NCBI GenBank assembly: GCA_046290225.1
Contig: JBKAGE010000001.1
Span: 96,134-160,133, forward strand
Length of the DNA stretch: 64,000 nucleotides
Direction of reading: 5' to 3'
DNA from: Bradymonadia bacterium
GTDB lineage: Bacteria; Myxococcota_A; Bradymonadia; UBA7976; UBA1532
The notes under the pieces are model-generated. The model worked only from the letters and a program-made list of their open reading frames with translations, had not been told where the DNA came from and searched no databases. Positions 51,127-61,059 of the stretch are shown here, one piece after another. Positions within the stretch are counted from its first letter, which is position 1, and the number at the start of each line of letters is the position of its first letter. The position numbers and the translations under genes were made by a program.

Positions 51127-51644
51127 GCGACCCTGGCCGCCTCCAGACGACTCAATGCTTCATTTTCGCAGCGAATGCGCACCGTGAGCAGCCACCCGTT
51201 GAGCACCGTGAAGACCACGGCGGTGATCCATGCACCCCCGAGGAGCGGGATCACCACCCCTTCGAGGACCACCGCCACATAGTTGGGATGCTTGATCACC
51301 GTAAAGGGTCCGCGGGCCACGCGGGGGGCGCCGGGGATCACGATGACGCGGGTGTTCCACTGACGCCCCAGGGTGGTGATCACCCACCAGCGCAAACCCT
51401 GGGCCATGAGGGCCAGGGCCAGCAGCGTCACCACCGCGGGTGTCGGCACAGATCGTGGCAACAGGAAGTGCTCCAACACACAGGCCACGAGGAAGCCGGT
51501 GTGCAACGCCACCATGTAAGGGTAGTGACCTTGCCCGGTCTCGACCCCCCCTTGCTCGAGGCTCCAACGGGCGTTGCGGGTTGAGACGACCATCTCGACC
51601 AGGCGCTCGAGGGCGGTGAGGCCGATGAAGAGGGCATACAGCAT
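51123..51644 (-). CDS. Isoprenylcysteine carboxyl methyltransferase family protein (SrsB-like)
   Basis: HYPYMVALH, LGRQWNTRV, GPF..IKHPNY, RIRCENEAL. Confidence 0.9.
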   Translation of the reverse strand: MLYALFIGLTALERLVEMVVSTRNARWSLEQGGVETGQGHYPYMVALHTGFLVACVLEHFLLPRSVPTPAVVTLLALALMAQGLRWWVITTLGRQWNTRVIVIPGAPRVARGPFTVIKHPNYVAVVLEGVVIPLLGGAWITAVVFTVLNGWLLTVRIRCENEALSRLEAARVA

Positions 51645-51661
51645 GAGGGAACTCTCGGCGC

Positions 51662-52840
51662 TCAGTTCAGCGCCTTGAAGTGCCCTCCGCTCTTAAACCA
51701 GGTGTGCACCTTTGGCAACACTCGGGACAGGACCGCCGGATCGGCGTAGTAGAGCGCGAAAGACTCGGCGAAGGACTCCTGCATCGAAGTGCGCCCGTAA
51801 GCTGTGGGGCCCTTGGCCTTGCCCAGCACCTTGGCGTACGCCTTGAGCACCGGGCCGTACTTCACCATCTTCTTCGCCTTCTCGCCCAGGGCGTCCACCG
51901 CTTTGCGCTCCTTGGCGATGAAGGCCTTGTCCGCCTGGATCGCCTTGCCCACCTTGTCGGCCTCCTGCTTCTTGTTGGCCCGGGCGAGGCTGTTGTAGCG
52001 GTTCACCTTCTCGTTGAGCTGCTTGATGCGCACATTGAGGGCCTTGAAGCGCTTGCCGTAGCGACAAAAAGTCAGGCGGCCAGGTCGGGTGTGCATCACA
52101 TGGCCGAACTCGTGGAGGATCGTCCGGGCCCCTGCAGGGTGGGGCCGCTCGGGCGTACCGACGAACTGCACCTTCTGGGCGGCGATGGCGCGATCGTAGA
52201 TGAACAGCTCTTCAGAGCAGTTGTTGAGGTTGTGCTCCCCACCCCGCTGGCGGTCCTTCCCCCGGGGGGCGCGGATGATGGGCAGCTTCACCAGCAGCTT
52301 CCTGCCTTTCGGGCCCAGCAGCTCGAGGGCAGAGACCAGCGCCGCCCGAGAGCTCTTGCCCCAATCGCTTCCCCCCTTGCCCTTCAGTGGGCCCGTGGCG
52401 TACTTGCTGGCGATCTTCTCTTTACTCGGGGGGTTGGGGGCCTTGAGGGCCTTGCCCAGGATCACCGTGATGTTGCCCTTCTTCGGGCGCCTCACCGTCA
52501 CTGGGAACCGGCCCTTCCCCTTCACCTCGATGATCAAGTCCGACTCGTTGCCGCCCTTCTTCTGTCCGGTGACGAAGAGGGCCTGAAGCACCGCCAGGGG
52601 CTGACCCTTGAGGGCCTTGCCGGGCACCTTGGCGTTCTTGCCTCCTGTGCGCACCACCACGGTCTTCGACTTGAGCTTGCCCTGCAGATGTTGTGTGAGG
52701 GCCTCGCGATCTTTCTCGGTCACCGGCTTCTGGTTGAAGGCCGTGCTGTCGTAGAGCTCCTGCTCCTCGGGGCGACTGCCACAGCCGAGCACGTTCAGGT
52801 TGAGCAGACAGAAGAGGCTGAAGAGGACAAATGCGCGCAT
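51662..52840 (-). CDS. Basic lipoprotein with a zincin HEXXH domain (lethal-factor-like) and coiled-coil insert
   Basis: VLGC lipobox; TILHEFGH; TAYG....ESFAESFALY..DP..L. Confidence 0.7.
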   Translation of the reverse strand: MRAFVLFSLFCLLNLNVLGCGSRPEEQELYDSTAFNQKPVTEKDREALTQHLQGKLKSKTVVVRTGGKNAKVPGKALKGQPLAVLQALFVTGQKKGGNESDLIIEVKGKGRFPVTVRRPKKGNITVILGKALKAPNPPSKEKIASKYATGPLKGKGGSDWGKSSRAALVSALELLGPKGRKLLVKLPIIRAPRGKDRQRGGEHNLNNCSEELFIYDRAIAAQKVQFVGTPERPHPAGARTILHEFGHVMHTRPGRLTFCRYGKRFKALNVRIKQLNEKVNRYNSLARANKKQEADKVGKAIQADKAFIAKERKAVDALGEKAKKMVKYGPVLKAYAKVLGKAKGPTAYGRTSMQESFAESFALYYADPAVLSRVLPKVHTWFKSGGHFKALN

Positions 52841-52925
52841 GGGGACTTGATGATCTCGCTGAGTGCGTTGAACGACGTCGTGTGAACATACGACCTCGTC
52901 CCAGACGAGGGCCACCCCTCCGGAT

Positions 52926-53426
52926 TCACTCCACGGTCAGAGCGCACGTCATTTGCGACTGGTTCAGGGCAGGATCGGTGGCCACGAAGGTGATGGTGTG
53001 CACGGTGCCCGGCTCACCCGTGGTGAGCGAGACGCCGTCGACGCCAGGTGCTGCGCTCACGTGCACGCCCACTTCTGCCGGAGCGCCACAGTTGTCGGAC
53101 CATGACACACCACACGCCTCGAAGACGTCGATGACGACGCCGGCAGCCACCTGCACCTCAGGTGAAGAGAGACCCAGCTCCGGGGGCTCGAGATCGGTGG
53201 GCATGATCACGTACTCGCAGACCCCCTCTTGCTCTGCGCACGGTGACAGGATAGGGGTCAGAAAGAGGTCCGCACCGCTCACGGGCGGGCCCTCGGCCTG
53301 AGGCCATTGCCACTGACACTGCCCGTCGACTTCCACCTGTACCACCCCCTGAGCGGAGGGCGCTCCAAAAGCGTTCGACGTGAAGGTGAACCACAGGACA
53401 CAGAAGATGAGGAAGCGTGAGTGCAT
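52926..53426 (-). CDS. Small secreted hypothetical protein (Ig/HYR-like beta-sandwich)
   Basis: Signal peptide ending AFG-A; several Cys; SDNCG and HTITFVATD..N...C.LTVE resemble HYR domains. Confidence 0.55.
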   Translation of the reverse strand: MHSRFLIFCVLWFTFTSNAFGAPSAQGVVQVEVDGQCQWQWPQAEGPPVSGADLFLTPILSPCAEQEGVCEYVIMPTDLEPPELGLSSPEVQVAAGVVIDVFEACGVSWSDNCGAPAEVGVHVSAAPGVDGVSLTTGEPGTVHTITFVATDPALNQSQMTCALTVE

Positions 53427-53491
53427 AAAAAAGAAGATACACAACCACACAAACCTACACAACCCCACAACACTCCAGAAAGGGATCAGCC

Positions 53492-54280
53492 ATGGTCTTC
53501 CGGTGGTTTACCCGCAGGCGATGGGCCAACATCGTCGCCGAGCCCTTCCCCGAGCAGTGGCGCCCGCACCTCGAGTCCCACTTTGCCTACTGGTCCGTGC
53601 TGAGCCCTGAAGAGCAGCGCACCCTCGAAGGCATCGTGCAGGTGCTCATCGCCGACAAACACTGGGAAGGCTGCGGCGGGCTACAGCTCACCGAGGCCAT
53701 GCAGGTGATCATCTCGGTTCAGGCAGGGCTCTTGATCCTGGGGCACCCCCCAGAGGGGCACCACTACTACGACAACGTAGACAGCATCCTGGTTTACCCG
53801 TCTACCTATGTGGTGCCCGGCGGCCGCGGCGGCGCCGACGGCACGATCAGCCATGATGATCGGATTGTGCTGGGCACCGCTCACATGGGCGGGCCGGTGG
53901 TCTTGTCGTGGAACAGCGCCCTCAAGGGGGGCATCGATCATCGCGACGGGCGCAACGTGGTCTATCACGAGTTCGCCCACAAGCTGGACATGCTCGATGG
54001 CGCCGTCGACGGCGCGCCCACCCTGGAGCACCCCCGAGATTACGCCGACTGGGCCGAGGTGATGAGCGACGCGTACACGCGTCTGAGGGCGAAGGTGGCC
54101 AAAGGCCGGCGCACGCTCATCGACGCCTACGGCGCCACTGAGCCAGCGGAGTTCTTCGCCGTGGCCACGGAGCACTTCTTCGAGCAGCCCCGCCAAGTGC
54201 TCAAAGAGGAGCCGGAGCTCTATCGCGTGCTGTCGTCGTTCTACAAACAGGATCCTGCAAAGCGGCTCACTGCCCGTTGA
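53492..54280 (+). CDS. M90 family zinc peptidase (MtfA-like)
   Basis: ILVYP, VVLSW, DGRNVVYHEFAHKLD, YGATEPAEFFAVATEHFFEQP. Confidence 0.92.
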   Translation: MVFRWFTRRRWANIVAEPFPEQWRPHLESHFAYWSVLSPEEQRTLEGIVQVLIADKHWEGCGGLQLTEAMQVIISVQAGLLILGHPPEGHHYYDNVDSILVYPSTYVVPGGRGGADGTISHDDRIVLGTAHMGGPVVLSWNSALKGGIDHRDGRNVVYHEFAHKLDMLDGAVDGAPTLEHPRDYADWAEVMSDAYTRLRAKVAKGRRTLIDAYGATEPAEFFAVATEHFFEQPRQVLKEEPELYRVLSSFYKQDPAKRLTAR

Positions 54281-54301
54281 GTCACCACGCGCAGCGCTCA
54301 C

Positions 54302-55753
54302 TCAGGGATCGAGCATGAAGCGCAGCGCCCGCTCAGTGAAGCCACCGCCCACGAGACCCGGCACGTGGCCGGTCATGTTGTGGCGCCAGAGGGCCACGCG
54401 GCGCCCCTCTGCGCAGTTCTCGTAGCGGGTGATCTCGGTCTCCGCCCCTTCGACGCCGTTGATGAGATCGATGGTCTCGGTCACCGGCTCCCCCTCACAG
54501 GCGTTTCGGGTGACGTACCGCGACACCACCTCCTCAGCACCGGGGGCTCGGGGTGTACCTGCGTAAGACACAGCAGTGTCGTCTACCCCGTGGGCGTTCA
54601 CCACGTCGAGGGCGCCAGTGCCGACGCAGTCGGCGGGATCGGGGAACGTCGACCCGGCGAGGCTGATGAGCCCAGCGATGAGATCGTCAGCCTCACACGC
54701 CATGCGGTGGCTCATGTAGCCGCCGTTGGAGTGGCCGATGAGGAACACCTGATCAGCGTCGCCGTTGAAGGTGTCCACGGCTTCTCCGATGAGGCCCCGC
54801 AGATATGCCACGTCGTCAATCTCCGAATCTTGCGGGCCACAGCACGCCTCGGTGGCGTTCCAGAACTGGTTGCCCTCCGGATCGACGGTGCCTTCGGGGA
54901 TCACCAGCACAAAGCCCAGGGCGTCGACCCAGCTGCGCAGCTCGAAGTAGGCGGTCTGCAGCTGACCGTTGGTCGAATAGCCGTGCAGCACCATCACCAC
55001 GGGCCACGGGCCACCACCCTCGTGCCCCTCGGGCAGCACCACCGAAGCGGGGCGATCCGCAGGGCCGAAGGTCGGATCTTCCGGCATGTCCGGGGTCCAA
55101 TCGCAGCTGAAGGGGAGCTGTAGCTGAGACCATGGCGCCGCGGCGAAGGTGCTCATCTCCACGTCGGTGGTGAGGGTCTCGATGCGGCCCCTGACATCTC
55201 CGCAGAAGAACTGCGCGTCACGGATCGTGCTGGTGAAGTTGAGCGTGGCCAGGATGTCGTTCCCTGTGGGGCTGTAGTCAGCCGGGAGCACGATGTCGGT
55301 GAAGCCCGCGGTGAACTGGCCCTCGGCGTTCACAGTGAGATCGGTGAGGGTGGCGATGTCGGGGCTGATGCCACCGTCTTGATCAATCACGCGGATGGTG
55401 AGGGATCCGATGCTGCTGGGCGTCACGTCGCCGAGCTCGAGCTGGAACTCGAGCACGATGCCACCGACGTCGACGAACTGTACGCCCATGCGCCAGAGGC
55501 CTTCCTCCAGGGCCACGTCGAAGGTCTCCATGCCTCCTGCGCCGGCTTCTCCACCGGCACCACCGGCCTCACCACCAGCACCACCCACCTCGCCGCCAGC
55601 GCCGCCGGCTTCTCCGCCGGCACCTGCTGCGCCTGCAGCACCGCCTGCGCCGCCAGTCGCCTCACCACCACCTTCGTCGTCGTCACAGCCCCAGCTCACC
55701 AGGGCGAGGGCGAAGATCACACACCACACACGCTTCATCATCATGCCCTTCAT
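54302..55753 (-). CDS. LpqC/PHB-depolymerase-like esterase lipoprotein with extra N-terminal beta domain
   Basis: SWGC lipobox; VLHGY, WNATEACC, DDVAYL, GHSNGG, HGVDD, GH. Confidence 0.85.
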   Translation of the reverse strand: MKGMMMKRVWCVIFALALVSWGCDDDEGGGEATGGAGGAAGAAGAGGEAGGAGGEVGGAGGEAGGAGGEAGAGGMETFDVALEEGLWRMGVQFVDVGGIVLEFQLELGDVTPSSIGSLTIRVIDQDGGISPDIATLTDLTVNAEGQFTAGFTDIVLPADYSPTGNDILATLNFTSTIRDAQFFCGDVRGRIETLTTDVEMSTFAAAPWSQLQLPFSCDWTPDMPEDPTFGPADRPASVVLPEGHEGGGPWPVVMVLHGYSTNGQLQTAYFELRSWVDALGFVLVIPEGTVDPEGNQFWNATEACCGPQDSEIDDVAYLRGLIGEAVDTFNGDADQVFLIGHSNGGYMSHRMACEADDLIAGLISLAGSTFPDPADCVGTGALDVVNAHGVDDTAVSYAGTPRAPGAEEVVSRYVTRNACEGEPVTETIDLINGVEGAETEITRYENCAEGRRVALWRHNMTGHVPGLVGGGFTERALRFMLDP

Positions 55754-55915
55754 CGAGCCTCCACGGCCGGAATATCCTGACCAACTCGTTTAGACTTTCG
55801 CACTTCGGCTTTCTCTGTACACCGCGATTTGGGTTACAGTACGCCCATCCTGAGATCTGGTGAAAGCACGGTGCCGTCGACCCCGCTCACAGCGCAGTCG
55901 ACGTGGGGAAGATCA

Positions 55916-57544
55916 ATGCACGCACACCACAACGTTCCGACCGCCGCCCGGCGGCTCAGCCGCGTGCTGCTCGGCGTCGCCGCGGCAGCCTCTCTCACAC
56001 TCACCGCCTGTGACGATGACGATGGCGCCGCAGGCACCACAGCCGGTGCAGGTGGTGGCGTCGCCGGTGCCGGTGGAGAGACAGGCGGAGCCGGTGGAGA
56101 AGCCGGCGCTGGAGGCATGATGGTGGAGCAGCCCGCCACGGCCACCATCAACCACAGCTTCGGCCGATATGCCCTCGAGAGCTACGAGGAGGTCGAAGAC
56201 TGTGTGGCCTGGACCCTCAACAACGAAGAGGCCATCTACGTCAACGGCGTGCACCTCGGCAACGACGGTGGGTTTCATCACTCGAACTGGTTCGTGGTGC
56301 CCGACACGGAATACGAAGGCCCCGATGGCTTCTTCGAGTGTGGGGATCGCGGCTTCTCGGAGCTGATCGCCGCCTCGAAGGGCACTGTGCTCTTTGCTCA
56401 GAGCACCCAGTCCATCATCGAGAATCAGGCCTTCGCCCCGGGTGTCGTGGTGAAGATCCCGCCGCGGCACAAGATCGTCGCCGGCGTGCACCTGCTCAAC
56501 CTCAGCGATCGCCCCGTAGACACAGAGCTGCGCATGGGCCTCGATCTCGTGCACCCCAAGACGGTGAATGTCATCCTGTCGCCCTTCCGGCTCACCTATT
56601 ACGATCTCGACATCCCGGCGCAGACCGAGGCCCGCTTCAACGGCACCTGCAACTTCGCCGAGGCCTTCGAGCGTGAAGCGGGCACCCCCTTCGACATCAA
56701 GCTGCACTGGGTGCTGCCCCACTATCACAACCTCGGGAACTACTTTCACCTCGAGCTGATGGGGGGCGAGCGCGACGGAGAGTCGCTCTTCACCCTCGAG
56801 GGCTTCAACGCCGAAGCGAACGGCATGTCGTTCACCCCGCCCATTCACCTCACCGACATCGACGGGCTGCGCTTCAGCTGCGGCTACCGCAACCCTCGAG
56901 ATGTGCCCGTGGGCTGGGGCATCGGCGATCAGGAGATGTGTGTCATGCTCGGCCTCGCCGAGAGCCCGGTCATGCTCGATGGCACGGTGCTCAGCAACAA
57001 CGTCGACGGCATGGGCGAAGACGGCCGCATGCAGAACTCCGGCGACTGCCGCATCATCGCGATCCCCCGGCACCCGGATCAGACCCTGCCCACTGAAGAG
57101 GAGAAGGCCGGCGAGCTCTATGTGCCGCCTACCGATCCCAGCGACGAGGACGTACGGCCGGCCCCCACCTGCGTCGACACCCCCGCCGACGTCATGGCTT
57201 CGCCTCCGGCCACGCTGAGCAGCCTCAAGACCGGGGTGTTCCAGCCCAGCTGCAGCTTCTCCGCGTGTCACGGCGGCCCCAACCCCGCCATGGGCCTCGA
57301 TCTCAGCGGCGACGACCTCTACGCGTCCATCATGAACCACGAGGTGAAGGCCCCCACCGACATGCCCCTCGTCGCTCCGGGTGATCCCGAGGGCAGCTAC
57401 CTGTATCACTTGATGTCGAAGTGTGAGCCCACTGCCGGTGGCGCTACGGTGAACCACATGCCGCTCAACGCCCCCACCCTGATGAGCCCTGCCCTCGTGG
57501 CCACGGTCCGGGACTGGATCGCCATGGGCGCTGAGGACAACTGA
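55916..57544 (+). CDS. Copper type II (PHM/DBH-like) monooxygenase domain fused to a C-terminal cytochrome c; lipoprotein
   Basis: LTAC lipobox; FHHSNW, VHLLN, PHYH.LG, QEMC; CSFSACH and HMP...WIAMGA. Confidence 0.75.
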   Translation: MHAHHNVPTAARRLSRVLLGVAAAASLTLTACDDDDGAAGTTAGAGGGVAGAGGETGGAGGEAGAGGMMVEQPATATINHSFGRYALESYEEVEDCVAWTLNNEEAIYVNGVHLGNDGGFHHSNWFVVPDTEYEGPDGFFECGDRGFSELIAASKGTVLFAQSTQSIIENQAFAPGVVVKIPPRHKIVAGVHLLNLSDRPVDTELRMGLDLVHPKTVNVILSPFRLTYYDLDIPAQTEARFNGTCNFAEAFEREAGTPFDIKLHWVLPHYHNLGNYFHLELMGGERDGESLFTLEGFNAEANGMSFTPPIHLTDIDGLRFSCGYRNPRDVPVGWGIGDQEMCVMLGLAESPVMLDGTVLSNNVDGMGEDGRMQNSGDCRIIAIPRHPDQTLPTEEEKAGELYVPPTDPSDEDVRPAPTCVDTPADVMASPPATLSSLKTGVFQPSCSFSACHGGPNPAMGLDLSGDDLYASIMNHEVKAPTDMPLVAPGDPEGSYLYHLMSKCEPTAGGATVNHMPLNAPTLMSPALVATVRDWIAMGAEDN

Positions 57545-57550
57545 GGCACG

Positions 57551-58171
57551 ATGCGGCTGCCCTGGGCCCTCGCGATCTTATGCACGATCCAGAGCGCGTG
57601 CGGGGGAGATGACACATCTGCGCCTTCGATCCCCCCCGACGCCGACCCGCCTGATGCTCTCCCTGTAGATGCCCTGCCTACAGATGCCACTGTCGATGGT
57701 GGTCCGGTCTTCGAACATCTCATCGCTCACCAAGACTGGCAGCCCACTCCCGTTGAAGAAGACCCTTTCGCCGATCAAATCGGCGAGCGTACTCGCTGTG
57801 AGGGCATCGATGAGCTCTATGTAGAGCAGCTCGGCCCTGACGAGGTCCTCTCCATCGACACGTCTTTTTGTGGGTACGCCACGGTGCACCAACCGCTCCT
57901 CGTCGACGTCGCAGCAGGCGACGAGCTACGACTTCGGCGGTTCCATTTTCCCGTGAACATCCCTGAAGTGACCGAGGGTTACGTGGCTCTGGCCCTCAAT
58001 GGTGAGATCGTCTGGTCCACGACGATCCCCCTCCCAACGGAGAGCGGTGGGGAGACTGTGGTCTGGCAAGCCGACAGCGACTGGCCACACGGCACGCCTG
58101 TGCACTATCACGTGCACAACCATGGGGCCAACGAGTGGGTGCTCATCGAGATTCTGCGCGCCGTCGAGTAG
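57551..58171 (+). CDS. Hypothetical lipoprotein with His-rich C-terminal motif
   Basis: QSAC lipobox; PDA linker; HYHVHNHG; starts 6 bp after the previous gene. Confidence 0.7.
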   Translation: MRLPWALAILCTIQSACGGDDTSAPSIPPDADPPDALPVDALPTDATVDGGPVFEHLIAHQDWQPTPVEEDPFADQIGERTRCEGIDELYVEQLGPDEVLSIDTSFCGYATVHQPLLVDVAAGDELRLRRFHFPVNIPEVTEGYVALALNGEIVWSTTIPLPTESGGETVVWQADSDWPHGTPVHYHVHNHGANEWVLIEILRAVE

Positions 58172-58181
58172 TTCGCCGCCC

Positions 58182-58228
58182 AACTGGTCCAACTAAAATC
58201 ACTAAACTGGGCCTACAGCACAGACCAG
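58182..58228. promoter_or_regulatory. Putative MocR-family operator: two direct repeats and one inverted repeat
   Basis: AACTGG at 58182 and 58205; GACCAG at 58223 is the reverse complement of CTGGTC at 58184. Confidence 0.65.
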
Positions 58229-58244
58229 ACATTTCGCTCTACTC

Positions 58245-59345
58245 ATGAGGCACCTCACAGGAGATCCGCCCATGAGACCCATGCGACGCCCCCGCCAGAC
58301 CCTCACGGACGATGACGCCTGGGCCCTCTTCGAGCGGTCGACCGCAGTACACCTTTCTATGGTGCACCCTGAAGGCTGGCCGATGCTCAAGGTGGTGCAC
58401 GGCGTCGTCGTCGATGGTGCCCTCGCTTTTCATGGCTCTCCCCTCGGGGAGAAGGCCGAGGTCTTCGCCGAGGCAGCGCCGAGGGCCGTGGCAGGTGTCG
58501 AAGAAATCATCGCGCAGATTCCCAGCCACTTCATCCACCCCGAGCGGGCCTGCCCGGCGACGACGTGGTATCGCAGCGCTCAAATGCACGGCCATCTTGA
58601 GGCGGTGGAGGACGAAGCCCAGAAGGCGCGGATACTCCAAGCGCTCATGGTCCGATTTCAGGCGGGCGGTGGGCACGTTCCCATCGACCCGGCCCTTGCA
58701 GACTATGACCGGCTCTATCGACGGGCAGTGGCCTCATTGTCCGTGGTCCGGCTGGTGCCCGATCGGCTCACGGCAAAGCTGGCCCTCGGGCAAAAACGGC
58801 CGCACCTCATCCCGCACATCATGGGTAAGCTCTGGAGGCGCGGCGACGTGGGTGACGTCGAGGCCATCTCTACGCTGATGCAGGCCTACCCCAAAGCTAC
58901 GCCGCCAGAGATCTTCCAAGGGCCGGAAGGCATCACCCTCGATCCCAGCGTCAATGCCGATCTCGAGGACTGCCTCGACCTGCTCCGGGGGCAATACTGG
59001 ACCGCCAATGCCGACGATGACGCCCTGCGTCACAGCCTGCGCCACAGCCACGTGGTCGGCGCCCGCACCGCCGAGGGCAACCTGGTGGCCATCGCCGCTG
59101 GGGTAAGCGAGGGCGTACGCCATGGTTGGATCTGCAATGTGGTGGTGCACCCCAACTGGCGGGGCCGGGGGATCGGCAGCGCCTTGATGCAGCTCCTGCT
59201 CGACCATCCAGCATTGCGTCATGCACAACGGGTGGGTCTGAGCACCCGAGATGCAGAGGCAGTGTATCTACCTCTTGGCTTCGAGATCGGACAGGTAGAG
59301 CATAGGCCCACGGGACCGGTGAAGACCCTCTGGAGGAGACAATGA
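58245..59345 (+). CDS. PNPOx/NimA-like flavin-binding domain fused to a GNAT acetyltransferase
   Basis: PMRRP...FHG..GEK...ATTWYRSA; C-terminal WICNVVVHPNWRGRGIG...LSTRDA..Y..LGF. Start may be 58272. Confidence 0.8.
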   Translation: MRHLTGDPPMRPMRRPRQTLTDDDAWALFERSTAVHLSMVHPEGWPMLKVVHGVVVDGALAFHGSPLGEKAEVFAEAAPRAVAGVEEIIAQIPSHFIHPERACPATTWYRSAQMHGHLEAVEDEAQKARILQALMVRFQAGGGHVPIDPALADYDRLYRRAVASLSVVRLVPDRLTAKLALGQKRPHLIPHIMGKLWRRGDVGDVEAISTLMQAYPKATPPEIFQGPEGITLDPSVNADLEDCLDLLRGQYWTANADDDALRHSLRHSHVVGARTAEGNLVAIAAGVSEGVRHGWICNVVVHPNWRGRGIGSALMQLLLDHPALRHAQRVGLSTRDAEAVYLPLGFEIGQVEHRPTGPVKTLWRRQ

Positions 59346-60787
59346 GCCGATGGCGCCCCACGGTGGCCCTCGACGCCGACGATGAGCGGCCCCTGCGGAT
59401 ACAAATCGCCGATCGATTGCAGTCCGACATTCGTCGAGGCCGCCTCACACCTGGGGCGTCGCTGCCCGGCAGCCGGCAGCTCGCCGAAACACTGGGGGTA
59501 CACCGGAACACGGTCATCGCCGCGTACGAAGAGCTCATCGCCCAGGGCTGGCTACAGACACGCCCGGGCAGTGGTACTTTCGTGAGCGAGGCCCTGCCGG
59601 AGATCGCCCCAAGGCCTTCTGCCGCTCCCACCCTCGGCGAGCTCCCCATCGAGCCGGCGTATGATCTGCCGCCCATGGAAGAAGCACCGGAGGTGCACCC
59701 TGCAGGTGTGCTCTCCCTCGACAGTTTGCCTGATCCTCAGAGCCTGCCCAGCGTGCCGCTCATGCGGGCCATCCGGCGCGCGCTGCGTTTGTACGGCCGC
59801 ACGCTGCTCGACTATGCAGATCCCCAAGGTGATCCACACCTGCGGGTCGCCCTCGCCGAGGTCCTCGCCACTGCCCGTGGCCTGATCCCCGATCCACAGC
59901 GGCTGGTCATCACCCGAGGCAGCCAGATGGCTCTCTGGCTCGCCGCTCAGGCCTTGATCCGGCCAGGCGATCGTGTGGCGGTCGAAGCCTTGGGGTATCG
60001 ACCGGCCTGGGTGGCGCTTCAAGCTGCTGGGGCTGAGCTGGTGCCTGTGCCTGTGGATGAAGAGGGCCTCAGGGTGGATGCCCTGAGCGCCATCGAAGGC
60101 CCGCTCAAAGCGGTCTACCTGACCCCACACCATCAATATCCCACCACTGTGCCACTGAGCCCCCGGCGACGTCTGGCCCTGTTGGAGATGGCCCGAAGGC
60201 GTCGCATCGCCCTGTTGGAAGACGACTACGACAATGAGTTCCACTATGAAGGCCGCCCGTTGATGCCTCTGGCCAGCGCGGCCCCTGAAGTGGTCATCTA
60301 CATCGGCACCCTGAGCAAGGTGCTGGCCCCGGGTCTGCGCATCGGATATGCCTGCGCCCCCGCTCGGGTCATCGAACGCATGATCACGCTGCGTCGCGCC
60401 ATCGACCGCCAGGGTGACGCCCTCGGCGAGCGCGCTGTGGCTGAGTTATTCGAAGAAGGCGAAGTACAGCGACACATTCGGCGCATGCGACGCACATACA
60501 TGGATCGTCGCGACACTCTCACCGAAGCCCTCAAACTGCACCTTGGTGGTGCAGTCAAATGTGATCGGCCTGCAGGTGGTATGGCGCTTTGGGTGGACGT
60601 CGATCCGGAGATCGACATCGATCTCTGGGTGAGTCGCTGTCGGGATCTCGGGGTGACTTTCAGCGCCGGTGGCCGCTACACCTTCGACGGCACACCACTC
60701 AATGCTTTGAGGTTGGGGTTTGCTCGATTGCCACCCGAAGATCTGCGCCGAGCTGTTCAATTGATGGTGCAGGCGCTGCCTCGCTGA
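59342..60787 (+). CDS. MocR/GabR-family regulator (GntR HTH plus PLP-dependent aminotransferase domain)
   Basis: LPGSRQLAETLGVHRNTVIAAYEELIAQG; TPHHQYPT; EDDYD; GTLSKVLAPGLRIG. Confidence 0.95.
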   Translation: MSRWRPTVALDADDERPLRIQIADRLQSDIRRGRLTPGASLPGSRQLAETLGVHRNTVIAAYEELIAQGWLQTRPGSGTFVSEALPEIAPRPSAAPTLGELPIEPAYDLPPMEEAPEVHPAGVLSLDSLPDPQSLPSVPLMRAIRRALRLYGRTLLDYADPQGDPHLRVALAEVLATARGLIPDPQRLVITRGSQMALWLAAQALIRPGDRVAVEALGYRPAWVALQAAGAELVPVPVDEEGLRVDALSAIEGPLKAVYLTPHHQYPTTVPLSPRRRLALLEMARRRRIALLEDDYDNEFHYEGRPLMPLASAAPEVVIYIGTLSKVLAPGLRIGYACAPARVIERMITLRRAIDRQGDALGERAVAELFEEGEVQRHIRRMRRTYMDRRDTLTEALKLHLGGAVKCDRPAGGMALWVDVDPEIDIDLWVSRCRDLGVTFSAGGRYTFDGTPLNALRLGFARLPPEDLRRAVQLMVQALPR

Positions 60788-61059
60788 CACATCGGCACCA
60801 AGGCATACATCTGTCTATAGATACACGTCTCCCATGATGGAGAGAAAGCTCGCTGCCGACAGTGGTGCGGGGAGGATTACGTGGCCCCATCCGAGAGGTT
60901 ACACGTCCATCCCCACTTTTTTCGTTTTTATGTACCCACCTGAAAAAACTCGTTTTTTATCTAGACACACACCACCAACATCGGGAAAAACGCCTTCACG
61001 ACTTGCACACGGCCGGCGAGAGATTCGGTCTTCACCTGTTCAACGGGAGTAGAACACTT

